In this document: in pieces, positions 40,052 to 50,916 of the stretch | Position numbering within the stretch: position 1 is the first letter of the stretch | How the letters are laid out: each line of letters opens with the position of its first letter | Assembly (NCBI GenBank): GCA_963789265.1 | Contig: CAWBKB010000001.1 | Location: 1,248,001 to 1,312,000 of the forward strand | DNA: 64,000 nt | Source: an uncultured delta proteobacterium | GTDB lineage: Bacteria > Desulfobacterota > Desulfomonilia > Desulfomonilales > Desulfomonilaceae | Reading direction: 5' to 3' | The notes under the pieces: generated by a model | What the model was told of the DNA's origin: nothing | Databases searched by the model: none | The model's input: the letters and a program-made list of their open reading frames with translations, nothing else | Program-made: the position numbers and the translations under genes

Positions 40052-41192
40052 TCACTTCAGGAGGCGCGGGCTCAACGGGATGATGATGCCCAGGATAACT
40101 GATAGAGCGGCCACTAGTCCGATCGGCACAATAGCATCTTTCACCGCCCCCTTGGGCAAGGGCCCCAGCTCCGTTTGAATGGTCCCGGCGGCGCGGTCCA
40201 ATATTCCCAGGGTTTCCTGATTACGGGCGAGATAGATCCAGTAAGAAACCCAGCCGAGGATTGCCATCGCAGCCATTACAGCGTCGACTACCGCGGCACT
40301 CCCTACCATCCCGAGTTTGGAACCGACCCATAGGACTATCAGACCGGGTGAAAAACTCACCAGCCCGATTGCCACCACACGAAAAGCCAAAGACAGATAG
40401 AGACCGCCCGCCTGCGCTTCCTTTGTATAGAACACCACGATTCCAGCCCTCCTTTGACCCCATGAGAGGCCGCGGTTGAAGATTGGAAAGACAAATGAAA
40501 CTAAAACTAGGGTCAGAGCGGGTAAGAAACAACGGGAATGAAGTGAATGCCGCGTTCAGGTATGCATCCCCGAAGTGCGCGGGCACCCATTCCAGAGGTA
40601 CAAAACAGAAGATGAACAACATGATGAGACAAGAGTACACCGCCAGAAACAGCGAAAAGGTATGTATGGACGCAAGAATCCTTCGCCTCCTCGAGGCGGG
40701 TGTCCTGTTGCCGTAAATATTGCGGGGGAATTCGGACAAGGGGTCTTTGTTCAGGATTGCACTGACCCGATCGGGGTGCTCGGCAGGACGAGTGACGACC
40801 TGCAAGCCGCAGCGAGGGCAATCCCCGCGTATCAAGAGCACGTCGTCCTCTCGGGTCGCCGTGTACCCGCATTTGGGACAGAGATTGGTGTCGTTCCAAG
40901 CGGCCTTGGGCTCATCCTCCGGCATTTGATCCGCCGGGTTTGCCGGCACAGGCTGTTTTGCGTCAGGTTCAATACGTGATACGGCGCCGGCCCCTTCAAT
41001 CAGAACCTGTTGTTTTAAGGCCACGCTGTGGTCGAGTCCACGTGCGATCACGGTAGGGTTGCCCGACAGAAGTTCAGCAATTACCTCGACGTCGCGTCTG
41101 AAAAGCGCGGATAGTTTCTTGACTGCTATAGGCCGTTCAAAGCCTTCCCGTATTTTGCCCTCAAGAACGAGTTTGTATGACTGATCCTCCAT
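40052..41192 (-). CDS. Membrane protein with zinc ribbon and RDD-like domain; frameshift at about 40520-40522
   Basis: CPKCG...CPRCG; PASRRRRILA; removing one C gives ALTLVLV...WGQRRAGI, joining ORF 40052..40438 (ILDRAAGT). Confidence 0.7.
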
Positions 41193-41326
41193 GCCTGATC
41201 CTTGGTTCCCGTGGAGCAAATGATGTGGCCTGCAAACGCGCTTCATGGTACCATATTTTACGGATCTTGACTCTACGTACGGAAACATATATTTTTATAA
41301 GCACTTACTGATTTTGTGGAGGAAAG

Positions 41327-41968
41327 ATGGCAGAGAAAGTGTCAGAGGACTCGTTTACACAATCCGGAGAGGACCTTTCAAGTGAAAGGTTGGAACAGAT
41401 CGTCGCCTCAATGCCCGATTCCGCGAATGCTCATTACAATTTAGGGCTGGCTTTTGTCAGGGAGCGCGAATGGGATCGCGGGCTGCGAGAATTTCAGACC
41501 GCCCTCAGGCTGAAACCGGGCTTATTGGAGGCCCGGGTCAATTTAGCCGGGATACTTTTGCAGAAGGGCGACTATGATGGGTGTATAGAAGAAAGCCTCA
41601 AGGCGCTCCAGTACAGACCTGACCTTATTCAAGGGTGTATCAATATCGGCATAGCATTCATGCAAAAGGGGGCGCTGGAGCAGGCGATTCAGAGTTTCCA
41701 GAATGCGCTCAAGATAGATCCCGACTCCGCAGTCGCGCATTTGAACTTGGGAATCGCCTACCTGTCACTCGGTGAAATCGACCAAAGCATCGAACACAAC
41801 AAGCGAGCCATCGAGATACACTCGGGATTTGCAGTCGCGCATAACAATCTCGCGGCCGCTCTTTTTCAAAAAGGGGAAACCACGAAAGCTCGTGAGTACG
41901 CGCTTCAAGCCAGGAGTCTCGGGTACCCGGTGAGCACGGAATTCCTTAAACAGCTTGGTGTAGAATGA
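41327..41968 (+). CDS. TPR-repeat protein
   Basis: Five 34-aa TPRs (AHYNLG, ARVNLA, AHLNLG, AHNNLA). Confidence 0.9.
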   Translation: MAEKVSEDSFTQSGEDLSSERLEQIVASMPDSANAHYNLGLAFVREREWDRGLREFQTALRLKPGLLEARVNLAGILLQKGDYDGCIEESLKALQYRPDLIQGCINIGIAFMQKGALEQAIQSFQNALKIDPDSAVAHLNLGIAYLSLGEIDQSIEHNKRAIEIHSGFAVAHNNLAAALFQKGETTKAREYALQARSLGYPVSTEFLKQLGVE

Positions 41969-42347
41969 CTTGCAGAGGAGTTTCCAACGATAAACAACCG
42001 ACCGTCCCATCTATTGACAGCTTCTTAGAAGCGGCTTAGCATCGAGACATTGCCCCGTTTCATAAAGAGAGAATGGAGGACCTCGGATACCAACCTGTCT
42101 CGGAAATCACTACGTTGACCGGGCATTGGTATCAATGCAGTCACGGACCGGCTTGGCTGAGCACAGGATTCAGGCATCCGAATAGTCTTTGACAATTATA
42201 ACATGGCAAGTGCTCTCAACCGGGTTGATCGGAACTGGAATGGAATCCGAAAGAACGAAAGGAGCAGGTTGCGGCGGCGCCTGAGCACCGCCATGCCCCA
42301 CCAGCCCCGATCACCGTTGAAGAAGAAATGGATACCATCTTTGGCAG

Positions 42348-43460
42348 CTATTCTCCTGTAGCCGCGGCGACCATTGCCCGAACATTATCCAATTTGGCAT
42401 TGACCGGAATATCGCAGCCCGAATGTAAGATGAATCCCTCGGGTCCCAATGTTTCGATGAGTTTGGTGCAATATTCGTGGACGGCATCCGGTGAACCCAT
42501 GCTCAGCATAGTGGCCGGCACATCGCCCATCAGACACATATGATCTCCGAGCAGTTCCTTAGCCTTGAAAAGGTCTGTTTGACCGTCTGTCGCCATGATG
42601 CATTTTCCTTTGGGCAGCTCTCTGAAGCGGGCCAGATCGCGGGTCCAATTGGCATCCAGATGTAAAATGGCCACCAGTCCGCGGTCGATGACATCATTGA
42701 CCATCTTGCTATAGTATGGCCAAACAAAACGGTCCCACAGTTTGGGCGACAGCATCTGGCTGGCCGATCGCCAGCCGCCCAACCATATACCCGTGTAACC
42801 GCCATTCACGCTAATGTCCAGAAACGGGCCGTACACATGGGGTGCAATCAAATCCATGACCGCTTGAACTTTGTCAGGGATTGTAAACAGGTCGTGGATG
42901 AATTTGGTCATGGAGCGTCCGCCGCAGAGCATTTCAAAGGGTGAAGACAGGGGAACACCGGCAGTGAGCACTGGAATCCCCAGGGGATCACAGACCGTTT
43001 TTGCATCAAAGGGTGGTTGGTTGAAAGGCAAAAGCTCTGGAGCCACGTCGTTGAAGACACGGTTGTGCATATAATCTTCATAAAACTCAGGCCAGCCTTT
43101 GTCCAAGATCGTGTCATAGTCTTCGATCTTCATCAATTCCGATTCAGCCACCTGATAGGGCACGTCATGGTCCAGTTCCTTGCCGGGAATTTTGACCTTC
43201 GAAAGCCACAATTGGCTCAACCCGTAGGTGGCAAACCCCAGGTAGTCGGTGCCGTCGGCATCGCCGCACAGCTCATAGGTCTTGATCATCGCTTCGGCCG
43301 AATTGACGACGGATGCACAGAAATCTCCGAATGGCATTCCCACCGTTTTGGCGGCAAACAGTGCGTAAAGCAGAACCACAGGAGTTCGGTCAGGCTTCTC
43401 CAGTGCAATAGCTTTTCGGATGCGAGCCATTCTCTCCTTCAGAAGGTCAGCTTTGTTCAT
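42348..43460 (-). CDS. UroD-family corrinoid methyltransferase-like protein (MtaA/CmuA superfamily)
   Basis: KPDRTPV, LSPKLWDRFVWPY, LHLD, CLMGDVP, FILHSGCDIP. Confidence 0.88.
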   Translation of the reverse strand: MNKADLLKERMARIRKAIALEKPDRTPVVLLYALFAAKTVGMPFGDFCASVVNSAEAMIKTYELCGDADGTDYLGFATYGLSQLWLSKVKIPGKELDHDVPYQVAESELMKIEDYDTILDKGWPEFYEDYMHNRVFNDVAPELLPFNQPPFDAKTVCDPLGIPVLTAGVPLSSPFEMLCGGRSMTKFIHDLFTIPDKVQAVMDLIAPHVYGPFLDISVNGGYTGIWLGGWRSASQMLSPKLWDRFVWPYYSKMVNDVIDRGLVAILHLDANWTRDLARFRELPKGKCIMATDGQTDLFKAKELLGDHMCLMGDVPATMLSMGSPDAVHEYCTKLIETLGPEGFILHSGCDIPVNAKLDNVRAMVAAATGE

Positions 43461-44092
43461 GTCGATCCTCCAGCCAATTTCTGAGCTGTGATCACGGCCG
43501 AGTTGGCATCCGGGCAAAAAGCGTCCGCTCCTACATACTTGCAGGCATCCGCTGTGATGGCGGCACCTCCGATCATGATGGACAAGTCTGTACGCAATCC
43601 CGCGTTTTGTATGGCATCCACGGTCCCCTTGAGGCTTTCGAATGCCGAGGTCAGCAAACAGGATAGGCCCACCACTGAGGGGTGATGAGTCTTGATTGCC
43701 TCCATGAAAGCTTCGGCCGGCTGATCCACGCCGAGATCCACTACTTTAAATCCCTGGCAACCCAAGAGATTAGCGACAATGTCCTTGCCAATGTCGTGGA
43801 TGTCTCCTTTCACCGTGCCAATCACATACGTACCGTACTTGGAATCACTTTCATCCTCGGCACTCATGCGCTTCTTCACGCCTTCCACCGCCTGCTTGAA
43901 GATAGTCGCCGACATGATGAGCTCGGACAAAAAGTAGTTCTCCGCTTCATACTCTTCGCCGACCTGCCGCATGCCGTCCTGGAGGGCGGCAAGAATCTTT
44001 ATGGGATCGGCTCCCTGCTCGTTGAGCCGTCGCACCTCGGAAAGCACGGCGGCTTCATCCAAGTTCTTCATGAAAGTGGTAAGCTGGACCAT
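43457..44092 (-). CDS. Corrinoid (B12-binding) methyl-carrier protein
   Basis: Cap domain YFLSELIM; GTVKGDIHDIGK (DxHxxG); DLGVD; GLSCL; IGGA. Confidence 0.93.
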   Translation of the reverse strand: MVQLTTFMKNLDEAAVLSEVRRLNEQGADPIKILAALQDGMRQVGEEYEAENYFLSELIMSATIFKQAVEGVKKRMSAEDESDSKYGTYVIGTVKGDIHDIGKDIVANLLGCQGFKVVDLGVDQPAEAFMEAIKTHHPSVVGLSCLLTSAFESLKGTVDAIQNAGLRTDLSIMIGGAAITADACKYVGADAFCPDANSAVITAQKLAGGST

Positions 44093-44140
44093 ATTGACCT
44101 CATGTCTCATCTGATGGACCCCGGGAAAGCTTGAGCTCGC

Positions 44141-45418
44141 CTATGAAATGGGAACTAAGCTTCCTGCAGCAGGAATCTCGGGATGCTCGCGATTGTAAAC
44201 AACGGTAACCTCCCAGGGCCATTTCTTACCCTTGCGCCATTGGCCGCCGACTACCGGTGTGCGGCAGTAATTGTCTTTATTGAATTGGATATGCCCCACC
44301 ATGGTCTTCAGGTTGGTCGCAGCGATGTTCTTGCGCAAGACTTCCTTGTTCAGACTTCCGGAGCGCTTGAGTACATCCGCTGCGATTTCGTAGGCTGCGT
44401 ACTCATATCCCAAGGGTTGGGTCCAACATTTGCCCGCGCCCTTTTCATAGGCGTCGCACAACTCCTTGGCGCTGTAGCCTGTCAGGGAGGAGGAATACGG
44501 ATGATCCGGACTCCACCAAACCTCAGTGCTGATACCCTCGGCCAAGTTCCCGCCCATGGCGTCCATAGCCGACGGAAAGAGGCACGCTCTGCCAATGGTG
44601 GCCACCTTGGGTTTGTATCCCATCTGGAAGCATTGGCGCCAACAGGAGATCCAGTCGGGTGGGCTGGTATTTCCCACGATGATGTCGACATTTTCTTTGC
44701 GCCACTTGTCAATATATGCGCTATAGTCCTTGGCCCCGGGTTGGAACATTCCCTCATCGATCACAGTATACCCTTTGGGCCCCAACAGGTGCTTGAAAGT
44801 ATTGTACCAGGGAATGCCGCCCGGGTCAGAGGCGAAGAACAAGCCGACCTTTTTATTGGTGGGCACCTGCTCCCACATTCCTGTATAGATCGGTACAATA
44901 TCATCCACCACTGTCCAGAAGCTCAAAAATGCCCACTTGTGGGGGGCATTTTCGATAAAGGAATCCAGGGGAGAGTCCAGCGCAATGCACGGCATCTGAT
45001 AGCGTTCGCAAACAGATGTCACCGGGTCCACGGTGGTAGGCGCATGTAACACTACCATCAAATCTACTTTATCTCCGAGGATGAGCTTAGAGGCCATCTC
45101 GGCAGCAGTGTTGGGATCGCTCTGTGTATCCGCCACCTTGACCTTAACCGGAAGTTTTTTCCCAGCCGCTTTGATGAAGATGCCGCCGTCGCGGTTGATC
45201 TCCCCGACCACTCGTTTGGTCAGCCACATCGTGGGTTCTCCGAATGGCGCCAGGGGACCGGTCAAGGGGCTTGGCTGACCAATCAGAATATAATCGCGCT
45301 GGGCCGCCGCTGCTGTTCCGACTAATCGGGGCGACAGCATTGCAACACCGGCGGTGGCCGCACCAGCGGCTAGTTGTTTGATAAACCTTCTTCGATCGAT
45401 ACCGCTGCCTCTTTTCAT
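44141..45418 (-). CDS. LIV-family ABC substrate-binding protein with Tat signal
   Basis: IDRRRFIK twin-arginine leader; PLTGPLAPFG, DTQSDP; RBS AAAGGAG. Confidence 0.9.
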   Translation of the reverse strand: MKRGSGIDRRRFIKQLAAGAATAGVAMLSPRLVGTAAAAQRDYILIGQPSPLTGPLAPFGEPTMWLTKRVVGEINRDGGIFIKAAGKKLPVKVKVADTQSDPNTAAEMASKLILGDKVDLMVVLHAPTTVDPVTSVCERYQMPCIALDSPLDSFIENAPHKWAFLSFWTVVDDIVPIYTGMWEQVPTNKKVGLFFASDPGGIPWYNTFKHLLGPKGYTVIDEGMFQPGAKDYSAYIDKWRKENVDIIVGNTSPPDWISCWRQCFQMGYKPKVATIGRACLFPSAMDAMGGNLAEGISTEVWWSPDHPYSSSLTGYSAKELCDAYEKGAGKCWTQPLGYEYAAYEIAADVLKRSGSLNKEVLRKNIAATNLKTMVGHIQFNKDNYCRTPVVGGQWRKGKKWPWEVTVVYNREHPEIPAAGSLVPIS

Positions 45419-45468
45419 CTGCAACTCCTTTCGCTGCGTGTGGGGTTATGGACGGACGATCCGCCAAA

Positions 45469-46410
45469 CTACATCCTTCGGGGCGATAGAAACTCGAACC
45501 CGATTTTTTCCTGAACCGTACCCATGATACCTTTGGGCATCAGCAGCATGATCACTACGCTAACCGTGCCTAAAATTATCATGCTGATGCTTGCGTACTC
45601 CGCTAAATACTGCTGAAATAGGACGAAGATCAGCGCACCGATAATGGGCCCTTCAATGGTTCCAATGCCGCCAATGATGACGATGAAACACAGATTGACG
45701 GTCCATCCAATGTCAAACGCTTTGTAAGGTTGAATATAGACTTGGTTGAGGAATAGAACGCCGGAAGTGATTCCGGTGACGCAAGCGGCAATCAAGAAGC
45801 AAAGCAACTTAGAGCGGAAGATATTGATACCGATGCTCCGACAAACCCCTACATCGTCGCGCATGGCCATCAGACTGAGTCCCAGGCGGGAACGCAGCAG
45901 TAAATAGACCAGCGCGACCGAGCCGATGCCCATGCAGATCGCCATGTAGTAGATCTGGTTGATGGAAAGGGTATAGGCCGCCTTAATGAAAACGCCCGAA
46001 CCTTTTTTGGTAAGGTCCCAGTTGGAAAACCAGATCATCAGAGCTTCGGCCACAATCCAGGAGCCGATGGCAAAATAGACGCCGCTCATGCGAAAGATGG
46101 GCACAGAGATGATCAGGGCAAAGAGGACGCTCACCAGGCCGCCCGTTATGATGCTCAGCCAAATCGGCCAGTGGAAATTGAGGGTCATAATCGCCAAGGT
46201 GTAGCCGCCCAGGCCGATAAAGATCTGCTGACCCAATGAGATCAGTCCGGAATATCCGGCCAAAAGGTTCCACATTTGGGCAAGAGCCAAATAGAGCCCA
46301 AAGATCATAAATACGAGGACAAAGTATTGCGAACTCCAGAGGGGCAAAGTGAACAACGCTCCAAGAATCGCTAGAATCGCCACAAAACGCCAATATTGGG
46401 CCATCATCAT
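45469..46410 (-). CDS. LIV-type ABC permease (LivM-like)
   Basis: WNLLAGYSGLISLGQQ, IIGGIGTIEGP. Confidence 0.92.
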   Translation of the reverse strand: MMMAQYWRFVAILAILGALFTLPLWSSQYFVLVFMIFGLYLALAQMWNLLAGYSGLISLGQQIFIGLGGYTLAIMTLNFHWPIWLSIITGGLVSVLFALIISVPIFRMSGVYFAIGSWIVAEALMIWFSNWDLTKKGSGVFIKAAYTLSINQIYYMAICMGIGSVALVYLLLRSRLGLSLMAMRDDVGVCRSIGINIFRSKLLCFLIAACVTGITSGVLFLNQVYIQPYKAFDIGWTVNLCFIVIIGGIGTIEGPIIGALIFVLFQQYLAEYASISMIILGTVSVVIMLLMPKGIMGTVQEKIGFEFLSPRRM

Positions 46411-46411
46411 T

Positions 46412-47284
46412 TCATGCCACCCTCTCTGCCTTGCCGAATAAGCCCTGGGGCCGAATTGTTAGCACGGTGAGCAAGATCAAATATCCGGATAGAAGCTGAT
46501 ACCCGGGTCCCAAGAAATGTGCTCCCAAGACCTGGGCCAGTCCCAGGATCACCCCGCCCACAAGAGTGCCGACCAAGGAACCCACACCGCCGATGATGAC
46601 CACGCCGAAGGCGATAATGAGATATTGGGGGCCAGTATGAGGGAAAAAGGTAAAGGTAGTCCCCACCATCACGCCCGCCACGGACGCAGTCAGCATGGAA
46701 AGGCCCATGGCGTAGGCGAAGACGCGGTGGGTGTCGACTCCCATGAATTGTGCAGCTTCAGCATCGTCGGAGGCTGCCCGAATGGCCAGACCGAGGTAGT
46801 TGTAGCGGAAAAAGAGAAGTATCCCTCCGATGACAATCAGGCCTATCACACAGCCCACGAGGTAGATGACCGGTATGCCGCAATTTTTCGAAACATAGAT
46901 GCTTTTGACCGCAAGAGAAGTCGATAGGGATCGGGCATCAGGGGAAAAGATCGTCAGCAGGGCATTCTGAAGAATAATGGACACACCAAAGGCAACGATC
47001 AGAGGAGGTTCCATGCCCTTGTCCAGCACCCGGTTGAGGATGAATATTTGCAGCAGGACTCCAACAGCAAACATTACCGGGATAACCATTACCAGGGCTA
47101 GGTAGGGGGAGATGCCAAACTCCGTTGCTAAAACCAGGGTAAGGTAGCTTGCGAGGATCATCAAGTCGCCGTGGGCCAGATTGACCAGACGCATGATACC
47201 GAAGATCATGGATAGGCCGACCCCCACGGTGGCATAGATGATGCCAAGCAGAATGCCGTTAATCAAAGGCTGAATGAGGTCCAC
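46412..47284 (-). CDS. LIV-type ABC permease (LivH-like)
   Basis: GLSMIFGIMRLVNLAHG, RPQGLFG. Confidence 0.92.
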   Translation of the reverse strand: MDLIQPLINGILLGIIYATVGVGLSMIFGIMRLVNLAHGDLMILASYLTLVLATEFGISPYLALVMVIPVMFAVGVLLQIFILNRVLDKGMEPPLIVAFGVSIILQNALLTIFSPDARSLSTSLAVKSIYVSKNCGIPVIYLVGCVIGLIVIGGILLFFRYNYLGLAIRAASDDAEAAQFMGVDTHRVFAYAMGLSMLTASVAGVMVGTTFTFFPHTGPQYLIIAFGVVIIGGVGSLVGTLVGGVILGLAQVLGAHFLGPGYQLLSGYLILLTVLTIRPQGLFGKAERVA

Positions 47285-47302
47285 GTAACACCTCGCGTCA
47301 AA

Positions 47303-48019
47303 TTAAAGACCAAAATAGGCTTTCTTAACAGCCTCTTCGGTCAAATTCTTCGGATCGCCCTGCAAAGCAACCTTGCCTTCCTGCATGACAAAGGCCCAAT
47401 CCGCTGCCTTCAAGCTTCTCTGGATATCCTGCTCAACCAGAATCAGAGTGACGCCCTCGCCGTTGATCTCCTTGAGTTTGCTGTAGATATTATTAATGAT
47501 CACCGGAGCCAAGCCGAGGGAAATCTCATCGAATAGGATCAGACGGGGCTCGGACATCAAGGCGCGTCCTATGGCAAGCATCTGCTGTTCCCCACCGCTC
47601 AAGTTTGTTCCCAATTGATTAATTCGTTCCATCAGGCGAGGAAACAACTGGCACACCTTTTCAAGATTCTGCTTTCGATTTTTACGGGCCCTCATCGCAT
47701 AGGCCCCAATCAGCAGGTTTTCCCGCACGGTCAGGCGCTGAAAGATGCGGCGCCCTTCCGGTACCAGGGCCAGGCCGTTTGCCAAAGTCTGGTACGGGGT
47801 CAAAGAGGTGATCATCTCTCCTCGGAAAACCACCTGGCCACGGCTGGGTTGCAAAGCGCCCGCGATAGTTTTCAGCAGGGTCGATTTGCCGGCGCCGTTG
47901 GCGCCGATGATTGAAACCGTGCTGCCCGCGGCGACATTCAGAGAGACATCCCAAATGGCTTGAAATTCACCGTAGTGTACATCCAACTGATGGACGCTCA
48001 GGACAGATTCCGATCCCAT
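47303..48019 (-). CDS. LIV-type ABC ATPase (LivF-like)
   Basis: GANGAGKST, LSGGEQQM, DEISLGLAP. Confidence 0.93.
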   Translation of the reverse strand: MGSESVLSVHQLDVHYGEFQAIWDVSLNVAAGSTVSIIGANGAGKSTLLKTIAGALQPSRGQVVFRGEMITSLTPYQTLANGLALVPEGRRIFQRLTVRENLLIGAYAMRARKNRKQNLEKVCQLFPRLMERINQLGTNLSGGEQQMLAIGRALMSEPRLILFDEISLGLAPVIINNIYSKLKEINGEGVTLILVEQDIQRSLKAADWAFVMQEGKVALQGDPKNLTEEAVKKAYFGL

Positions 48020-48741
48020 CAGCCCTCCTGAATTCCTAGGTAGCACTGTAATACTTCTTTGGCGTTCATGACCTCCTGGGGACCCCCGCAGATAAGCATT
48101 CCACCTTGATCCAGGGCCAGGATTCGATCCACTCCACTCATCATCATGAGAATGTGTTCAATCCACACCACAGTCACCCCGTTGTCTCGAATCTGATGGA
48201 CGATTTCGAGGACTTGTCGTGATTCCGCTTCAGTCAACCCGGCGGCAACCTCGTCCAGAAGCAGTAAAGAGGGCTTCGTGGCCATTGCACGGGCCAGTTC
48301 CAGACGCTTACGATCCAACAATCGCAAGGTCCTGGCAAAATGGTGACGACAGTTGCTAAGGCCGGTAAAGACCAAGATTTGGTCCGCTTCGATGCGGGCC
48401 CTTTTTTCGGTAAGACCGCCCCCGTGTGTCGCGGCCACCAACAAATTTTCCAGAACGGTCATATTGCCGAAGGGCCGCGGAATCTGGTAGGTTCGGCCAA
48501 TACCCTTCCTGGAACGCTGGTCAGCCGAACTCTTCGTGATATCGCTACCTTCAAAATAGATTTTGCCTCGGTCCGGTGGATAGACACCGGTTAAGACATT
48601 GAAAAGGGTGGTCTTGCCCGAACCATTAGGCCCCAGTATGCCCAGAATCTCCCCCTGCCTTACGTCCATCGTGAGACCGGTGAGTGCTTGAACCTTTCCG
48701 AAGGCCTTTGCCAGGTTTTCCGTTTTCAGTAGCTCCGTCAT
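48019..48741 (-). CDS. LIV-type ABC ATPase (LivG-like)
   Basis: GPNGSGKTT, RKRLELARA, LLDEVAAG, WIEH. Confidence 0.93.
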   Translation of the reverse strand: MTELLKTENLAKAFGKVQALTGLTMDVRQGEILGILGPNGSGKTTLFNVLTGVYPPDRGKIYFEGSDITKSSADQRSRKGIGRTYQIPRPFGNMTVLENLLVAATHGGGLTEKRARIEADQILVFTGLSNCRHHFARTLRLLDRKRLELARAMATKPSLLLLDEVAAGLTEAESRQVLEIVHQIRDNGVTVVWIEHILMMMSGVDRILALDQGGMLICGGPQEVMNAKEVLQCYLGIQEG

Positions 48742-50886
48742 TGCCTATTCTCGCTGTCAGCGCTCGATGCCCTGTAAATCTTACACAATACACCCCTGAG
48801 GGGCTCTGCTCCGATATCCGGGTCATAGTCCATGTCCCCGTAGAGCACGTTAAGATTTGATCTTTGCCATCCGTAATCCGGCGGTCCTTCCTCCGGGAAC
48901 CACCAGCCGGGCTGGGCACCGATAACGTCTCTGCGAATGTCCCGGGTCAGCTTGGCACGTTGAGTCATTCTCCCCTCGGATGTTTCGATCCAAATCCAAT
49001 CATCGTCTGAGATCCCGTAGTGCCCTGCTGTGTCAGGATGCAGGTACACCACCGGGTCCGGGTGGCGGCGACGCAAGCGTTGGATCTGACGCCCCTCACT
49101 GAGGAAAAATTCTTGAATGCGACCCGAAGCTGTTAATATCAATGGATACTGTGCAAGAAGTTTCGGTGTTGACAGGGGACTGATCGCCGGTTCCCTGTAG
49201 ATCGGCAAAGGTTCCACATTAATGGTTTTCAAAGCTTCCGAATAAAACTCGAATTTTCCCGAAGGAGTGGCAAAACCGTATTCCCGATATTTGTAGTAAC
49301 GTTGCTCCGCCTGGACTATACCTTTGCGGCAGAATTCTTCGAAATCCATTCCGCTGGGCGCTAGGACCCAGTTGAGGTAGTCCCGGTAATCTCTCCAGGG
49401 AAATGCGTCGGCAAGTCCCAGACGCTGGGCCATTTCAAGCAGCACCGAACGGTCGGCACGGGTTTCTCCTATCTGGGCCAGCTTGGGCCGTGCCAGGATG
49501 CACCAGATTTTATGCAGGCAGGCCACATCTTCGGTTTCGAGCCAAGAGGCTGCGGGCAGTACCAGATCTGCCATTTGAGCGGTGGGAGTCATAAAAAGAT
49601 CCGACACCACGACAAACTTCAGTAGACCCAAAGCTTTCTTGACTTCATGGACATGAGTGGCGGTGATCATCGGATTGGAGCCTACGATCCATAGAGCCTC
49701 CATCCGGTAAGGCCGGGCCGAAATGATGGACTGCCAAAAAGAGGGTTCCTGTATTCCAGGATTCAAGGGGAATCGGTCGGCATCGATACTACGCTCCCTT
49801 TTTTGCGGTGGAAGAAAGGCAGCACCTGACAGCGAGGGTTCGTGCCACGGTGATTTTCGAAACACCGGTGCCGGCGCTATCCACAGGGCGTCCCCGCCGG
49901 GGCGGTCAATATTGCCTGTCAGGGCGCTCAGAGTCAGAATGGCCCGTGCGGTCTGAAAACTGCCAGCGGTTCATATCCAGCGCATGGCCCCACTGGATGC
50001 AGGCTGGTCGAGTACTGGCATAAGTTCGGGTTGCCTGGCGGATCAGGTCCGTCTCAATGCCGGTTATCCTTGAGGCCCATTCGGGACTAAATTGACGCAC
50101 ATGGGCCTTCAGGGCGTCAAAGCCCAGCGTATGCTCGCGTACAAATTCATGGTCAATCAAATCTTCTTCCATCAACAAATGGATCATCGCAAGAGCCAGG
50201 GCCCCGTCCGTCCCCGGCCGGATTTGGAGAAAGTGAGTGGCCTTGCGGGCCGGGCCGTTGCGTATCGGGTCCACCACGATAACTTTTTCAGCCGTTTTAA
50301 GGGCACGCTTCACCATGCCGCCGCACATGCCGTCAGCAGCGCCGCTTTCGGTAACGTTACAGCCCCAGATCAGCACGCAGGCCGGCCGCTGCCCTCCGAA
50401 ACCGTAGACATCGGCCACAGGCAGTTGGCCGCAAGAGTAGCGAGAAGCCATCTGTCGTGCAAGGTAGCAAAAATGGAGGGGTTCGGTCATATTGGGTGTG
50501 CCGAAGGCGTTGGCGAAGCGTGCCACAAAGCCCGAATAGGCGCGCCCCGTACCCTGCATCATTCCCAGATATTCACTTTTTCCGGCCTTGCGCAAGGCGT
50601 CGAATTTTTCCGTCATCTCGGTCAAGGCTTCTTCCCACGAGATGGGGGTCCATTCGTTGGCCCCGCGCTGGCCGCGGCGACGCAGCGGGCGGGTCAGGCG
50701 GTCCGGGTGATAGAGCAAATCCACAGACGCGGCGCCCTTGGTGCACAGATATCCCCGACTGGTGGGGCTTTCGGGATCGCCGGTGATCTTGACGACCTTT
50801 TGGCCTTTCAGATGGACCTGAACCTGGCACACACCATGGCACATCCGACAGGCCGAGGTGACCGATTCTATGCTGTTTTTCATCAT
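48738..50886 (-). CDS. Cytoplasmic Mo/W-bisPGD enzyme, acetylene-hydratase-like (about 715 aa); frameshift at about 49956-49964
   Basis: CRMCHGVC...C [4Fe-4S]; HFCY putative Cys ligand; IRPGTDGAL; TGNIDRPGG after repair; DLFMTPTAQMADLVLPAA; FATPSGK; no Tat leader; no partner Fe-S subunit. Confidence 0.85.
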
Positions 50887-50916
50887 CTTCTCCAACTCAA
50901 GCGGAAGAACCGCCGT

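Noticed and set aside
48738..50886. Calling the Mo/W enzyme acetylene hydratase or pyrogallol transhydroxylase; selenocysteine readthrough
   Set aside because: His replaces Asp13; N-terminal cluster, Cys ligand and no beta subunit differ from transhydroxylase; the break is a frame change, not an in-frame TGA
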